The notes below the pieces were generated by a model. That model searched no databases, had not been told where the DNA came from, and saw nothing but the letters and a program-made list of their open reading frames with translations. Of a stretch of 64,000 nt of DNA, positions 48,540-60,559 are shown piece after piece. Each line of letters begins with the position of its first letter. Position 1 is the stretch's first letter. The stretch comes from Vicugna vicugna (Eukaryota), in assembly GCA_013265495.1 (NCBI GenBank), contig MU058645.1:62001-126000 (forward strand). Reading direction: 5' to 3'. Both the position numbers and the translations under genes were made by a program.

Positions 48540-51468
48540 ATCTGTTAAGAAAATTAGACAGATTATCCATTTGTTCAAAAACACGGAACTAAGACAGGGG
48601 AACCTTGAGATTTGAAATTAGGACCTCCAACTCAAAAATCTGTAAAGGAGTCACGTAGAGATATAGAGATGATTTGGAGGTGGATGGATCATTCCAGAAA
48701 CCGCAGCGGGGAGGCTAAGAATAGAAAAGCAGAGTTATATTTGAGTGACAGGTTCACATATCAGTAACACATGGCTTTTCGATGGGCTTCGATGATTGAC
48801 ATCCCTCAGAACAAAAGCCAGAAGTAGAAGCAGTCCATTATCTGAAATGGGTCTTCTTTTTTTACTGGGTGCAGGGATGGGTTTGGGACGACCTGAAGAA
48901 CATTTTTTGTGTGTGTTTGAAAATAAGATGGGCTCTTTGCCTAGAGCTGAGAGGGCAGGGATCACAGCGTGTTACCAGAATTGTAGGAAACCTTTTGGGC
49001 CAGAACAAGACAGGGTGACGACTGAAACACGGCTACGAGCTCAGAAAGCAGTTATTATGGGGTCCGAAACCTGCACTTTGGAATCGTGGCTGTTTTTATG
49101 TTTCCTGCCTTTTCTTTGCTGTTTCCCCTTTATTCTCTCCCTTGCAGTTAGTTAAACATCTTTTGGAAAATTCTAACCTGTCTCAATTCTAAAGGGTGCT
49201 GTTAAAGATGGCGTCTGCCTATATTTGGGAAGGAGTTTTAGTTTTAAACAACTGTAGTGATTTTTTTTTTTTTTTTGCAAACAACGTGTATTTCTATATT
49301 ACAGTATAATACACCTGTGTCTCAGGCAAAAAATAAGATAAAAGTAATATACATAACGCTTCCACTCTAGAAGAGCCTGCTTAATACTGTGATATGTGTT
49401 TCCCCCAAGGGCAACTGTGTGCATATGAGAACAAGGGTACTTGTTTTTTGTGGATTTGCAGGCAGACTGATAACAGACTGAATCATGGTACTCAAATTTT
49501 TGTGGCCACTTTCTCATAAACGTATTTCATAAAATCACTCTCAATAGCCACAGAAAGGTTAATCCTGTGAATATAATCTGTTTTATTCAGCCAATTCATC
49601 ACCTTTTCCCAATCTGACTTTTTAAGTAACACTATAAGGAATATAGACACATTTCTGCATATATTTCTTTTATATTATAAATATGTTATTAGAAATTTTC
49701 CCTGAACCTCTAAGAATTCTCATTGTTGTGACATCTAAGAAAACGTCTTTTAAAAATGTGTGTTGTCGTTGTATTTTCAATATTGTATGTATTAATGTAT
49801 TTTCAATAAAGAAAGGGTACTTTCTTCATGTCTGGTGGCAAATGAACTTGTCTCGTTATATGCCTTGTTTAGAGCGGTGATTAACACGTCTATTAACATG
49901 GTAAGAGTTGGAGAAAATTGTTAGAGACTGTTGAAAAGTGTAGTAACTGTTAATAGTTACCAACTGTTCATAATGCGTTTAGCTTCATTTGTATGGGAAA
50001 GCGGCGTGTGCAACAGCGCTTGCCAGTATGAAATTTTGCCAACAGTGATGATCTTTTTGCCTCAAGACTTGTGGCTGATTGAGTTCCACCTTGGGTCAGC
50101 AAGGAGTTCTCCCTGCACTTTAGTTTTTTATGTTTTGCTCCATCATGGGGGTTTTCAGCTTTTCCTCTGGAACATCTGGCACCAGCTACTCTCACATGCA
50201 GAACTCCTAACTCAATGGACCATTAGTTTTTGTGCAGAAATATGTGTGAATTTAGAAAAGACACTCATGAGTGTTGATAATGGAGACCATGTGTTGTCAA
50301 TTGGAGAGAGGGGAGAAACTGATTTTGCTCAGATCATTATCACTCTCCACGTGGAAATCTCTGTCCTAAAATAAGCCAAGCACATTTCAGGGCCGTGTGA
50401 CTAAGGGGTCGCTAGAGATCTTTACCAGATATTTCTGAAGTGGATGCATCACTTGGCATCATCAGGTGAGGATTCCACAAACCCTGAGGATCCAGACTTG
50501 ACTGACAACAGAGAAAACAGCTGCTTCTTGGAATAAATTTAGGAATGCTAAGAAACTTTCTCTGACCCCAGTAAGTCCCTGCTACCTTTAGCAACTCATT
50601 CCCAGCATTAAATTATTTTCCAACTTCAATTGTCCTTTGTTTCTGTGCTAAAATCATATTGCCCTTGGGAAAAGCCACTTCTAACCTAATGATGACTATC
50701 CGGAATAAAATTAGTTTGTAAGATTTCTTGCGAAATGACAGCTATATCTGTGTGGAGGAGAATTTAAGAAAAGTGGGTGGGAATTTATTGCATTTTGATA
50801 GACTGGATGAAACAGGGGTGGAGCATTTGCGGTAGAGGTGTCCTCCAGCCCAGGAAGCTGGGATGGTTTGAGCACTAAGCTGGGAGCCCTGGGGTCAGAA
50901 GAGCACTGGGGTCTGGCACCAGGGTGACCGTGGCTCCTGAAGGGTAGCGTTGTCTATGGGATAACTGTTTCCCTTGGACATTTGCTCCTGATTCCCAACT
51001 CTTATCTTCACCCTCCCTAGAAGAGTTATCCTTCCGTCCAGTTTGCTCCTCAGCACATCCCTCCACTATAAGATGATACGTTGCTCTAAGTTCATTTACT
51101 TCCATTTCTAGGTTTCCAGAGTTCTACTACTTTTAAAGAAAAAAAATCATTTTTTTCTGTCTTCGTATTCTCAGTGACCTTAATAGTAATTAATACATGG
51201 CAGGAGCTCAGTATATACTTTCCAAAAAAGGAAGGAAGGAAGGATTTTTAAAGTAGCATGTACTAGTTTGCTACTAAAAACATTGTATCATACTTTTTCA
51301 TGCATTCAGACCTTTACAGCAAAGAGACAGTAAAGTGAACTGGCCATCACACCTGGAGTGTCTGCTGAAAGAAGAGAGTCCTGGAATTTCAGAAGCACAA
51401 AACAGAGGTTCCTGAACCTGCTGACTACTGTGTGAAGAAACCATAAATTAGTAGAATAACAGGGCTAG

Positions 51469-52016
51469 TGAGGTGGGAAGCCCCATGAAAAAGATGGCAG
51501 GACCCCTAGGCAGGGCCACTACCCTCCTGCCAGCACCATTCAGTTCCCTGGCCCAGCAGCGTTATCTCACTTTTTAAACTCTGAAAACAGCTTACTTCTA
51601 GGAAAGTAGAACTTACCCCTAAGATTCTGTTGGTTCCCTGAACTAACTCCTGATTGGTCCATTTGTAGTGCTTCATTTGCATGGAGCTCACTCCTGATTG
51701 GTCCATTTCCCTCACTCCTGATTGGTCCATTTCTACAAAGCTTGTTCCCAATTAGTCACCTTTGTTGCACCTTATTTGCATATGATGTTTCAAAATGTTG
51801 CAAAGTCTAGACTGGTAGCCTATAAAAGCTTGTGTAAACCTACAGACGGGGTCCAGAACTTGGAGTGTTAACTCTTCTGGGCCCGCTGGTGTAATAAACC
51901 TGAGTTCTCCAACCCTCCGAGTGCTGCTTGGTCTCTCGCCCAGATCCAGGTTGCTGTCACAACTGAGCTGTAACCCTGAGCTGTAACATTGAGCTGTAAC
52001 ACACTTTTCTGCAACA
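51469..52016 (+). mobile_element. Young-looking ERV1-type solo LTR
   Basis: TG...CA ends, perfect TSD CTAG (51465-51468, 52017-52020), three 'ctcctgattggtccattt' units, TATAAAA at 51821, AATAAA at 51893, three 'tgagctgtaac' units in U5. Confidence 0.93.
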
Positions 52017-53289
52017 CTAGAAGGCAGTGGTCTTTTTTGCTCCCTTCTAGTGGATCGATGACCCAGCAAGGCTGGGTGCTGTGCCACCAATGCTCATTCA
52101 GCACACGGTCCAGGCAGGCACCACTCTTCCCCATCCTGAGGTTCCAGCACTGAACATGACAAAGTGCAGCCTTCCTGGACCCTCCATTCCCACAGAAAAG
52201 AAACAACCCTATCAGTAAAATACAGCCTGCACAGATCCCCCCAAAAGTGGGCTCCACAAAGCTCATCTCAGATGCGGCCATGGAGATTGATGGGCGAGGA
52301 CAAACTTTCCAAAGAATACAACCAGGAGCTGAGACAGAAAGGAGGAAGGGCTACTCTGGGAGAGCAGCGTGGGGACCAACGGAAAGTCAAAAGAACTGAA
52401 CCCGCCGAGGGGCAGGGGTCTGCACACTCCCGGCCGGCAGGACTTGAAACTGCTGTAGCCTAGGATTGACGAGTGTCCCGTCGCCTCCCTTCTGAGTACA
52501 GATTTTGCTGACCTTACCCTTTCCCTGCTCCCCCTTTACATAGGGCATGCATGGCAGTTTACTGTATTTTTATTATATAGGTAGTGTACCACAGGGACTC
52601 CTACCGAGATCTGATGACGAGGATTGCACATCTCTCAGACATCCTGGAACTTGAATAATGTGCAAAGTAATTGGGTGGCACCTTGAGTTTCTGTCTTTTG
52701 GGGAGATACTGTACAAAAGATACACACAAGCATGTTTAGGTGGCCAAAGAGAAAGAAAGACTTCAGTGAAGTTGTACTCGGTGTACAAGTAACTATGAAT
52801 TCATCTTCCTTATGAATAGAAGCTGTGAGTTTTAGCTGGTCACAAGACCCCCTTGAATAAATATTATGTTCCTTAGGATTCCTTGCAGTGAAATGTGACT
52901 CTGTGACCAAATTATGGCTCATAAGGTTAGGAGAGAATTGGGTGTTAAAGATGAATGCTTTAGACCTTTCTGGCTTTTATGAGAAGAGATTTATCCAACG
53001 CACACTACTGGCTTCTCTCTGTCTCTTTGAAAGGTTAATTGTTCAGTAAGTTTAGATAGAATAGCTATGCACACTGGCCTCAATTACATAATCCTTCCTG
53101 TTCAGAATAGGATGCTCACAGGGATAATGACCTCTGCTCCCCTGTGGGGGTCTGCCGCTGGTCCGGGGTGCAGGTTCAGTGCTGTCCATGACCACCTGAC
53201 CAGCAGACATACAACCAGAATTTTCTATGCCATTAAAGTTATATTTGAGCTTCACTTTTCAACTCCTTAAATAATTTTATCAAAATATT

Positions 53290-53600
53290 CAGATCCTTGG
53301 TATGAAATGATGTACTAGGATTTTCTCAGAGACTGCAGAGCCCGAGAAACCTCTGGGATACGTCCCTAATTCCAGGAGTGGAATTTGTATATTTCTTCAT
53401 CTCGTCTTTCTTCCTCCAAAGCCTGGAATGTATATTGGGAGCTGGCATTGGTTAAGTCGTTTTGGCCTATGAAGCAATGGCCAGTGTCTGAGTTTTGGAC
53501 AGCAGGGTGGAAGGTTAATGTGGAGCAGTCATACCAGCCATGGACTCCCAGGTTTTCATGAGGCAGAACACCTTTTATTTTGGTTAAGTAAATGTTGTCT
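53290..53600 (+). mobile_element. Old LTR remnant (MLT1/LTR33-like)
   Basis: 'tttcttcctcc...gcctggaatgtatat..gagctggca' and 'accagccatggactccca'. Confidence 0.4.
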
Positions 53601-53639
53601 TAATTTTTCTCTCATTCAGAAATGAACTGAAGCCTGAAA

Positions 53640-53930
53640 CAAAAGAAAATGTTTGGTTTTGGACAATTCATACTGAGATTCCTATTATAAACCAAGAGGA
53701 GATATTGAGTAGAGAGTTGCAAATAGAAACAAGAAAATCGAGGGAGAGTTCTGGACTGGAGCATATCTTTGGAGTGTATCTTTTCAGCACACAGATGGTG
53801 TTTGCAGCCAGGAGAGTGAATGTGATCACCTTGGGGGTAAGCAGAGAGAGACAAGCTTGAAGACTGAACCCTGAGGTACTCACAAGTTTGGGATAGAGCA
53901 ATGAGGAGAGTCTGCAAAAGCAGGTGAAGA
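53640..53930 (-). mobile_element. L2 fragment
   Basis: 'tttggttttggaca...gagatattgagtag', 'gggagagttctggactggag', 'atggtgtttgcagccaggagagtgaatgtgatcacc', 'gactgaaccctgagg'. Confidence 0.85.
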
Positions 53931-54739
53931 CATGACGTGTTTATGGAAACAGTAAAAACCTGGCTCCCACCTCTTTCAGCCTCCTTCACTGCCTATAATA
54001 ATTTGTTTTGCTTAACTTTACCTATTTTTTTTTAAAATTCTGTTTCATGTCTATTCCTATTCCAAGTAGAGACAAGTAGTTGTTTTTGCCTATTACCAAG
54101 CTCATCTTATGTTTGGAAATTTTATTTGTTGCTTACCTTTATATTATTTTGGCTTTTAAAGCCACTCCAGAGAGCAGGCTATACTTAAGTTAAAGGCATA
54201 TGGCCCAGCAAAAGCAGTTTTGCATAAGTCATCCCCCCCATAAAAAGTTCTCACAGGTTTAGAAGCAGACATGTGAAAGTGTATTGCGGCATTGTTTATG
54301 ATGGAGAGAAATTTGAGGCCATCTGGGTTTCCAGAACTGAGAAGGTCGTATGTAAACGTGGGTGCATGTTACAGGGTACTGAGGGTTAGTATCAAGAGAC
54401 CAGATGTGTATACTGACCATGGATAGAAAACAGGCTATTCACGATAGTCACCAACCTTAAAGACATGGCCCCCGAATATACAACCCAGCCGAACATGAGC
54501 TTATCTCTTGCTTTCTAACACTGTTGAGTGGTACCAAGCCCAAGATTGGGGGAAAGAAAAGGGCAGGAGAAGCTCTGTTCTACACAGGAATTTCAAAGTT
54601 CAGACACAGGGAAGCTCTGCCCTCATTGATATGTGTCTTCCAAGGACAGTGTACTTTCCCCCCTTTGTCTACAGGAAGAGCGAGGCCTGGAGCATTACAA
54701 TTAGAAAAGGCCTGGGAGGAAGAGGAGGTGGGTGTGATG

Positions 54740-56112
54740 TGAAGGTCTGTCACAACCTGGCAATGATCTCTTGGATATAACACCAAAAGCACAGACAAAA
54801 GCAAATACAGACAAATGGGATTGCATCAAATTAAAAAGCTTCTGCACACACAGCAAAGGAAGCAATCAACAAAGGTAAATGGCAGCCTAAGAAACAGAGA
54901 CAAATCTTTGTAAGTTGTACATCTGATACAGGGTGAATATCCAACATATGTGAGGAACTCCTGTGATTCAATATCAGAAGTCCAAAAGAATCAGATTAAA
55001 TAATGGGCAAAGGACTTGAACAAACATTTCTTCTAAAAAGTCATACAAGAGACTAAAGGCATATGAAAAAGCCCTCAACATCACTAATCATCAGGGAAAT
55101 GTAAATCAAAAACCACAATGAGATATCACCTCATACCTCAAATGGTTATTATCAGAAAGACAGAAGATAAAAAGTGTTGGTGATGATGTGGAGAAAAGGG
55201 TACCCCTGTGCACTGTTGGTGGAAATGGAAGTTGGTACAGTTACTATGGAGAATAGTTAAGAGAGTCCTCAGAAAATTAAAAATAGAACCACCAGATGAC
55301 CTTGCAACCCCGCTGTTGGCTGTATACCCTCAAAACTGAAGTCAGAATCTCAAAGATATATCTGCACTCTCATGTTCATTGCAGCATTATTTACAAAATC
55401 CAAGATACGGAAATACCTAAATTAATAGATGAATGGATAAAGAAAATGTGGTATATGCATACAATAGAATATTACTCAGTCTTAAAAAATAATTAAATCC
55501 TGCCATTTACTACAACATGTTTAACTTGAAAGACGTTATGCTGAGTGAAATAAGCCAGACACAGAAGAACAAATACTACATGATCCCACTTAATATCAAG
55601 AATCTGAAACAGTCAAACTCATATAAGCAGAATGTAGAATGGTGGTTACCGGTCATTTATGCAAGACGATTCAGTCCTAGACATCTGAATAGCACAGTGC
55701 ATAGAGTCGACAATATTGTACACTTGTATACTTAAACATTTGCTGAGAGGGTGGATCTTATGTTAAATGCTCTTTTAAAAATTTTTGAAGGAAAGGAAAT
55801 AATTTTATTTCACAAGCATCAAATTCCTATGCTATTTTTTGTTGTGTTTTTAAATTTTTTTAAACGAGGTATAATTGACACCCAATAATATCTTAGCTTC
55901 AGATGTAAAACATAGTGATTTAATATTTATGTTAAATGTTCCTATCAAAAAAAGAGGGAGAAAGGAGATTCTTAGAGATGATGGTCAAGTTTAGAGCATA
56001 GATATGGTGACATTTTCATGGGCATATACTTGTCTCCAAACTCATCAAGATTTATACATTAAACATGTATTTTTGTTTGTCAATCATACCTCAATTAAAA
56101 TCATTTTAAAAG
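54740..56112 (+). mobile_element. L1MA-like element: ORF2 C-terminal region and 3' UTR
   Basis: 'acaaatgggattgcatcaaattaaaaagcttctgcac', 'tgggcaaaggacttgaac', 'gatgaatggataaagaaaatgtggtatat', end 'tcaatcatacctcaattaaa'; no intact ORF. Confidence 0.93.
55774..55926 (-). mobile_element. Short L1 tail with probable 3'-transduced segment, nested in the L1MA-like element
   Basis: TSD ttatgttaaatgctct (55758-55773) and ttatgttaaatgttcc (55927-55942). Minus strand reads L1 terminus, A-tail, unique 48 bp containing AATAAA, second A-tail. Confidence 0.75.
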
Positions 56113-56209
56113 GGTATAAAATAATCAATATGTAGAACATTTTCATCAATCAGCAGTTCCCTCTGATTCTTTGTAACCGATCTGAACTGTTTTAAAAAGG
56201 GACCGAGCC

Positions 56210-57080
56210 ATTTTGCATGTCTATTACAGATCCATTTACTCCGCATCCTCTCCAGCACTCGGCATTGTTTTTCGTTTATTTGTTTGTTTGTTTTTAAATG
56301 TTACCCCTTCCAGTGGATGTGTAGCAGTACCTGTAGTGGCGGTTTTTGTTTGCATTTATTGGTTATTTTTATATTTCCAACATGCTCCTTTTATTCTGTG
56401 AAATAGCAGCTCAAATCTGTTGCCTAACTTTCAGTTGCACTGTAACTGTTGAAATTGTTCTTTATTTATTATAGATACAAGTCTTTTTTCAGATACGTTT
56501 TTAAAACATTTTTTGCCAGTCTGTGGCAGTTTTCAATTCTTAACAGTGTATTTTGAAAAGCAAGTGTTTTTCTATTTTAATTCACTTGAATTTAGCAGCT
56601 TTTTTTTTATGAATCATACCACCTTGTTTCTAATCTTTTGCCATGAAAAATAATGCTACAATAACAACACATGTAGCTGGAATGTTGGTGTGATGACTGG
56701 CTTTTTTTTTTCGCAGGGGAGATATACATACATGTAAGACAAGACATTAGATTCCTAGAGCAAAGCATAAAATGCAATTTTGTTTGTTTGAATATATGTT
56801 GCTGATTGATCTCCTTAACGGGATAGCAATTTGTATTCCTATCAGGATTGTTTAAGGGTGTATATTTTCTGTTAACTTGATTAAAAAACTATTTTGTCAG
56901 TGTTTGTGGATTTTTGCTAATCTGACAATAGAGGAATGGCATCTCGATGTAATTTTAAATTTACTTATCTCTTATTATGAGTGGTATTGATAACAAGAAC
57001 TTCTTCCCTATGAAATTTTTGTTCCTAAACCTTGTGCATTTTTCAGTTGTGCCATTCATCCTTTTCTATATTTTACTTTT
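56210..57080 (-). mobile_element. Old L1ME-like remnants (antisense)
   Basis: 'tccgcatcctctccagcactcggcattgtt', 'tttgccagtctgtggc', 'tttgctaatctgac...aatggcatctc'. Confidence 0.65.
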
Positions 57081-57747
57081 CTTCTTCTAATGTTTTGAGT
57101 TAGGAATTTAAATATTGTATTTTCATTCTTTCTTACATATTGACATAACTATTTTAGGTTATAGATTTTTCTTTGAAAAGAGATTTTATTATTTGTATCT
57201 CCATCTCTTTTCATGCAGTTTTGTCATCCTCCTGGAAGGTGTAAAATTTATTTTGTTGTTCTATTTTTTAACTGAAAGTTACTTTGGATATTTTTCTTCC
57301 ATCTTTCTTAGTTGCCCTATGCTCAGTAGATAGTGAAGTTGGGATGACCTTGACTAAAAAGGAGGAAACTTCTGGAGGTCTGTCCTTGAATGTTTCTTAG
57401 AAGGTGTTGTTTCCTGAGGTCTGTCTCCTTTGACTTGCTCTTGAGTGCTTCCCGGCCATCTTTCTCTATTTCACTCACGAACCACTTCCTGTTTAAGTGG
57501 AGCTCCCTCCTAGGAGTGAACATCTTCTCCTGGCTCCTGATACTTAAACAACCATATTCCCCTGAACTTCCCCATCACAGCAATATGTCTTTAAAGCTCC
57601 TCCCACAGTTTGTGCTGGTCTCATATATGTGACACAATTACAGTTTAGAGTTTGAGCAATTTATTTCTCCAAAGATTTCTAGGAGAAGACAAGGAAAAGT
57701 TCAGAACTTGGCTGACATCCTATTCCTATCAGAGGTGGAAGAGTTAT

Positions 57748-57830
57748 ATCTGCATCTATAGCTGTCTGTCTGCCTGCCTATCTATCATCTATCTGTCTGT
57801 CTGTCTGTCTGTCTATCTATCCATCTATAT
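57748..57830. repeat. Compound (TCTG)n/(TCTA)n tetranucleotide microsatellite
   Basis: 'ctgtctgtctgcctgcctatctatcatctatctgtctgtctgtctgtctgtctatctatccatctat'. Confidence 0.9.
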
Positions 57831-59189
57831 TTATTCATTTATAAACCATTTATGAGTGCACATGCCATACTACATTGCTTTGGAGTAGATTAGGAAACAG
57901 TTGAGAAGGTGGATAGACTAAGACATACCTAGAAAGAAAGTGTGATGAGAAATTTGAGTGAGAAAATAAAATTTTTGTTGAGAGAATAATGAAACAGAAG
58001 AGAAAGTTTCTTAACAAAACTGCTTCTTAGAGCGCCCCCAGGTAGTAAGGCTACACGTGTACGGGTTTTCTTCCCCTTACAACTGAGATATTTGTAAGGA
58101 AATAAAGCATGAAGTTATTTCATGATTTGGTGATAAAGAGTTTGAAGGCTAGCAGCTTCGTCTTTTGCTTTTACCAAGACGCAATTGCCCCAAGAGGTTA
58201 AAGTAGCTCTAAGGGTCCCTGGGACTCCGGCTGCACAGCAGTAGGAGTGAAGTCCAGCTCCATCCTCACCGGCGCTCTCTCTCTCTCGATCCCTCTCTCA
58301 CTCCTGCTCTCCGCATCTGTCTTCCTCTCACTTAAGGAAGCAGCTGCTAGTGAATCAGTTCACTGAGCGCATGTGCCAAACTTGGACGAGTGGCATCTGT
58401 GTACAACCTGGGGGCTGACTTTAGACGAAGGAGCAAGGGGTTTCATTTATGGGCACAGTCTGGGAAGCACGTATGTGAGTGAGATTCTATTCAGGCGGGT
58501 GGATAAAGTTTGAGGAAAGTCTCTTTTGCTTGTTTCTGTTTCCTCAGAGACACAGGAAGTCATGTGACAGCTGCGGGTGAGGATGAGGGAAAGGCAGTAC
58601 AGATGAGAGTCCAGCAGACTCTCTCTGAGCAGTTACAGCTCCAGGTAGTCCATTGAGAGCTGCAGGAACTGCAAGCACGAGCCGTCTGATCTTGCCCCTG
58701 AGGAAGGCGACAGGCTCATCATCCTCTAGTCTCGAGGCAGAGGCTGCGGTTCCCGACACCAGTGGGCGGACGGTCCCAGCGTGCGGGTGTAGCTGTGCAG
58801 GCTGGGAAGGGCTTGCCTGATCCCAGGGCTCCACTCTCCTGTAGCCTATTTACATCTTGTCCTTGCAAGTGTTATAGTCCAATCTGGGACCCTCTGCGTG
58901 GCTCCGTATCCTCCTTTCAGGCAAGACTTAAGAAGCAGCGGAGGGGGTGTTGAGCTGAGGGTGACCAGCAACTTTCCTCGAACTCCCAGCTCAGGTGAGT
59001 ATGCAGTTTTTTCCAGCTTCCCTTCGGTTTTCGATCAGCTCTGCCTTTCCTCCTAGAAGAGATGTCACGTTTCGGGTTTTCCTACGTATTTGGAGTGTGC
59101 CAAGCAAGATTTTAATGTGTGCGTTTAGGTTTGCTTTTCTGACTTCTCTGCTCTGGAGGGAGGACGTGAGAGAGGAGAGGGCGAGGCAG

Positions 59190-59350
59190 TCCGGCCCAGA
59201 TCTGTGTTGACTCTGGCGTCACCTTCATCTCTTCCGCGGCCTTGGGCAAGGCATTGAGCTGCCGGGTTCCGCCCATGTAGAATGGGCGCATAGTGTCCAC
59301 GCCGCAGAGATATTTTGAAGGTGGGGTACAATGTACATGAAGTGCAGGAT
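59190..59350. mobile_element. MIR, GC-shifted
   Basis: 'cggccttgggcaaggcattgagct...catgtagaatgggcgcatagtgtccacgccgcagag...gtacatgaagtgc' is colinear with the MIR core. Confidence 0.65.
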
Positions 59351-59399
59351 TCCAGGACGAATGTGGTGCTGCGTAACATGTAGCTGAGAAAGGCCACCG

Positions 59400-59620
59400 T
59401 TAATTGATGCTCACTGCATGGCGGTTACTGCGCTTTCTCATTTACACTCGCGTACGTGCTCCTCACCGTTGCCGTCTCACGCAGGTGCTGTTGCAATTGT
59501 CATTTTACAGAAGAAGAAATTCATAGAGAAGATGGACTTTCCTGTAACTGTGCAACTAAGGTGGTGAAACTGGTTCTCAACTTGCAGCCTTTGGTAGTGT
59601 GGTCAGCACTAGCAGCTCTT
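59400..59620. mobile_element. MIR, opposite orientation to the preceding copy
   Basis: 'ttctcatttacactc...cattttacagaagaagaaattcatagag'. Confidence 0.6.
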
Positions 59621-60559
59621 TGGCTTCCATCAGCTGTGCTTGTGCCCGCCTTGTCTCAAACTGCAATAATCTGAGTGTCAGTAAGAAGATGAGAGGAACT
59701 TCTGTTTATCCTCAAGGGACAAAGACTTTCAGGAATGCCGTTGTATCTTTGTGATATAAGGAGTTCTGAAACGAGGTGTACTCGTAGATTGAAAACCACG
59801 AATTTTACTTTAAATTGAGAAACTGGTACATTTTAAAATTTCAAACCTGGAAAATGAAGCTTTCAAGTGGGGAAATTGTTCCTGTGTACAGCAGTGAAAA
59901 GGAACCGGGGTGAGTTAAATAAAGCCGTGAAAAATTAAAAATGCAATTCTTAACGTTTGTGGGAGTAATCCTTAGCCTTTATGGTGTGAATACAAGCACA
60001 ACAAGCCAGTCAGAATAACAGAAGTGCAAAAGGAAGTATAGTAACTGTGGTAAAAAATGACCAAGAATTATGTAAGTTTCACAGGCCAACACAGAATTTC
60101 CGGAGAGTTCTTGAATTTTTAAAGATGTTTACAAAGTGGAACTGAAAGGTCTAAAATCTGTATCCTCTTAGTGTTCCACTGAGGCTGTGGGTGCATTAAA
60201 TAATGAGCTGGAAGTCTGCAGGAACCACTTTGTGGCAATTGCAAAGCATAAAGCATATTTAATTAAATTAAGTAATCTCTAGTTAGATGAAAATAAATCA
60301 TTTTAGTGCTGACTGTTTTTAATGGTTCAGGCTGTCATTCAAAGAAAGGACAGGAAGCTGATGAAGTACTTAGAACTCCACTTACAGGGCTTTTATTGCA
60401 AAGCACTAATGGGATTTTCTTGCCAGGGAAATGCCATATTTTGTTAATAAATGATTCTGGAACACTCACGATAATTACTAACATACATCACAAAATTTGC
60501 CAAAAAGGTGAGAAAGAATACTTTAAAGATTCAAGCATTTTGAAAAGATAAAAACACCT

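Noticed and set aside
50429..50471. 37-nt candidate exon ending CAG|GTGAGG
   Set aside because: Weak polypyrimidine tract, no recognisable peptide and no neighbouring partner exon.
51647..52000. CRISPR-like or other repeat-spacer array
   Set aside because: Only three short units in each set, with irregular spacing, inside a retroviral LTR in a mammalian genome; these are ordinary U3/U5 tandem repeats.
54740..55735. Active L1 ORF2
   Set aside because: 5'-truncated with multiple stops and frameshifts; only short L1-like peptides remain.
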